A stretch of 64,000 nt of DNA from Podarcis cretensis (lineage: Eukaryota): positions 21,948,001-22,012,000 of the forward strand of contig OX638160.1 in the NCBI GenBank assembly GCA_951804945.1. The letters run 5' to 3'. Positions 1 through 64,000 of the stretch are shown here, piece after piece (positions within the stretch are counted from its first letter, which is position 1; each line of letters begins with the position of its first letter). Both the position numbers and the translations under genes were made by a program. The notes under the pieces are model-generated. The model searched no databases and was not told the DNA's origin. It saw only the letters and a program-made list of their open reading frames with translations.

Positions 1-683
1 AAAATGGAAAAAATATAATAACAAAATAAAAGAATGTCAAAAGAAGAGTTCATATTTTTTCTTTCGAGTCCTTCCTTTATTATACTACAGCCAATTTCCC
101 CTGCAACATAGTGCTATGCAAGAGTAGGGGCACAGAGTTGCACCTTACATTTTTTTTACTGGACGTTAAGTAAATAAATCGTTCCCCCATGACTTTTCAG
201 CTCAGCTGCTTTGCGCAGAAGAGTTCAAAGGCTGAACTCTTGACATCTCCAAGTAGGTATGCCAGAGGCACCTGCTATAAACCCTGGAGAGTGGCTGCCA
301 GTCAGTGTAGACAATAGCAAGCTATATGGACCAATGATCTGACTCAGTGTAAGGTAGCTTTCTCAGTTCCTAGTCTCTGAAACCCACGGAAGTGCAACAG
401 CTGAGGCACAGGGGTTCTGCAGCAGACCGAACTGTGTGGAAAGAGTTCCCAGAGGGTAGGACATGTGGAAGGACGGCTTGTAGGGAATGTTTCCTGGATG
501 AGGGCAACACATCTGCTGTGTAGCCTTCATTCTGCTGCTCCTTTCCTGTGGCGCTCAGTAACGTGGCAAATGCCTGCTTCCTTGGTAAGGTGAAAGATGC
601 TAGCCCAGTTGTGAACTCAAAGGCAGGCAGCATCTAACACTGGACCTGTCAAAGGGTAGCATTAGTACTGTAAGACACATTAC

Positions 684-63574
<62,891 letters not shown>

Positions 63575-64000
63575 CTAGTAACATGGATGGAAAGCAAAAG
63601 AAACAGTGAGTTAATGGAACACCTTGTGAACATGTTTTATGGACAACATGTAATAATATACTTATTAGGTATACTTATTGATGTACAGTCAAAAGGTTTT
63701 GCACTGCATAGAATCTGAAAACAAATTGGTCTTTTGAGAAAATACTGAAAGATTAAAAGAGAAATTGGGGAAAAGGTTTCTAGCCATAAGTATCTGAAGT
63801 CTGAGAAAAAGTATAACCTGAACTCAACACTTCTAGGGGCTTTCCCCCAGTGCAATTCTGTACACGTCTGCTCTAAGTAAGCCCCACTGAGTTCAATGAG
63901 ACTTATTTCCTGGTAAGTGTGTATATAGCTGGAATGGGAGACCTGTGGCCCTCTGAATACTGTACCCAATTCCCATCAGTCCCAGGCCAGCATGGCCAAT

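Overview
Eukaryotic (vertebrate) genomic DNA, most likely from a lacertid lizard, inferred from abundant Sauria/POM-type SINEs, Squam3-like SINEs, BovB and Rex1. The whole window lies inside one minus-strand gene, myosin IIIA (MYO3A; kinase-myosin of photoreceptors and hair cells). I located 20 consecutive coding exons (2467 nt, 822 codons + 1 nt) from 63574 down to 684. All have GT-AG introns and join in one open frame. They cover most of the STE20-type kinase domain and most of the motor domain; the 5' and 3' ends of the gene lie outside the window. The introns are dense with transposable elements: CR1, L1-clade, BovB, Rex1/Babar and Penelope-like retroelements, several SINE families, solo LTRs, hAT and Tc1/mariner MITEs, and microsatellites. 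Most ORF-track entries are spurious or TE-derived. I found no evidence of a new multi-gene system. The most unusual structures are: (i) a perfect 61-bp fold-back palindrome at the 5' junction of a BovB insertion, with the target site copied three times; (ii) a young CR1 copy missing an in-frame 81-nt segment bounded by GT...AG, possibly a spliced retrotransposon; (iii) a Penelope-like relic with a minimal hammerhead-ribozyme motif and a short inverted segment; (iv) candidate intronic enhancers (RFX X-box, CRX/OTX sites); (v) a MITE inserted in inverted orientation into a copy of its own family.
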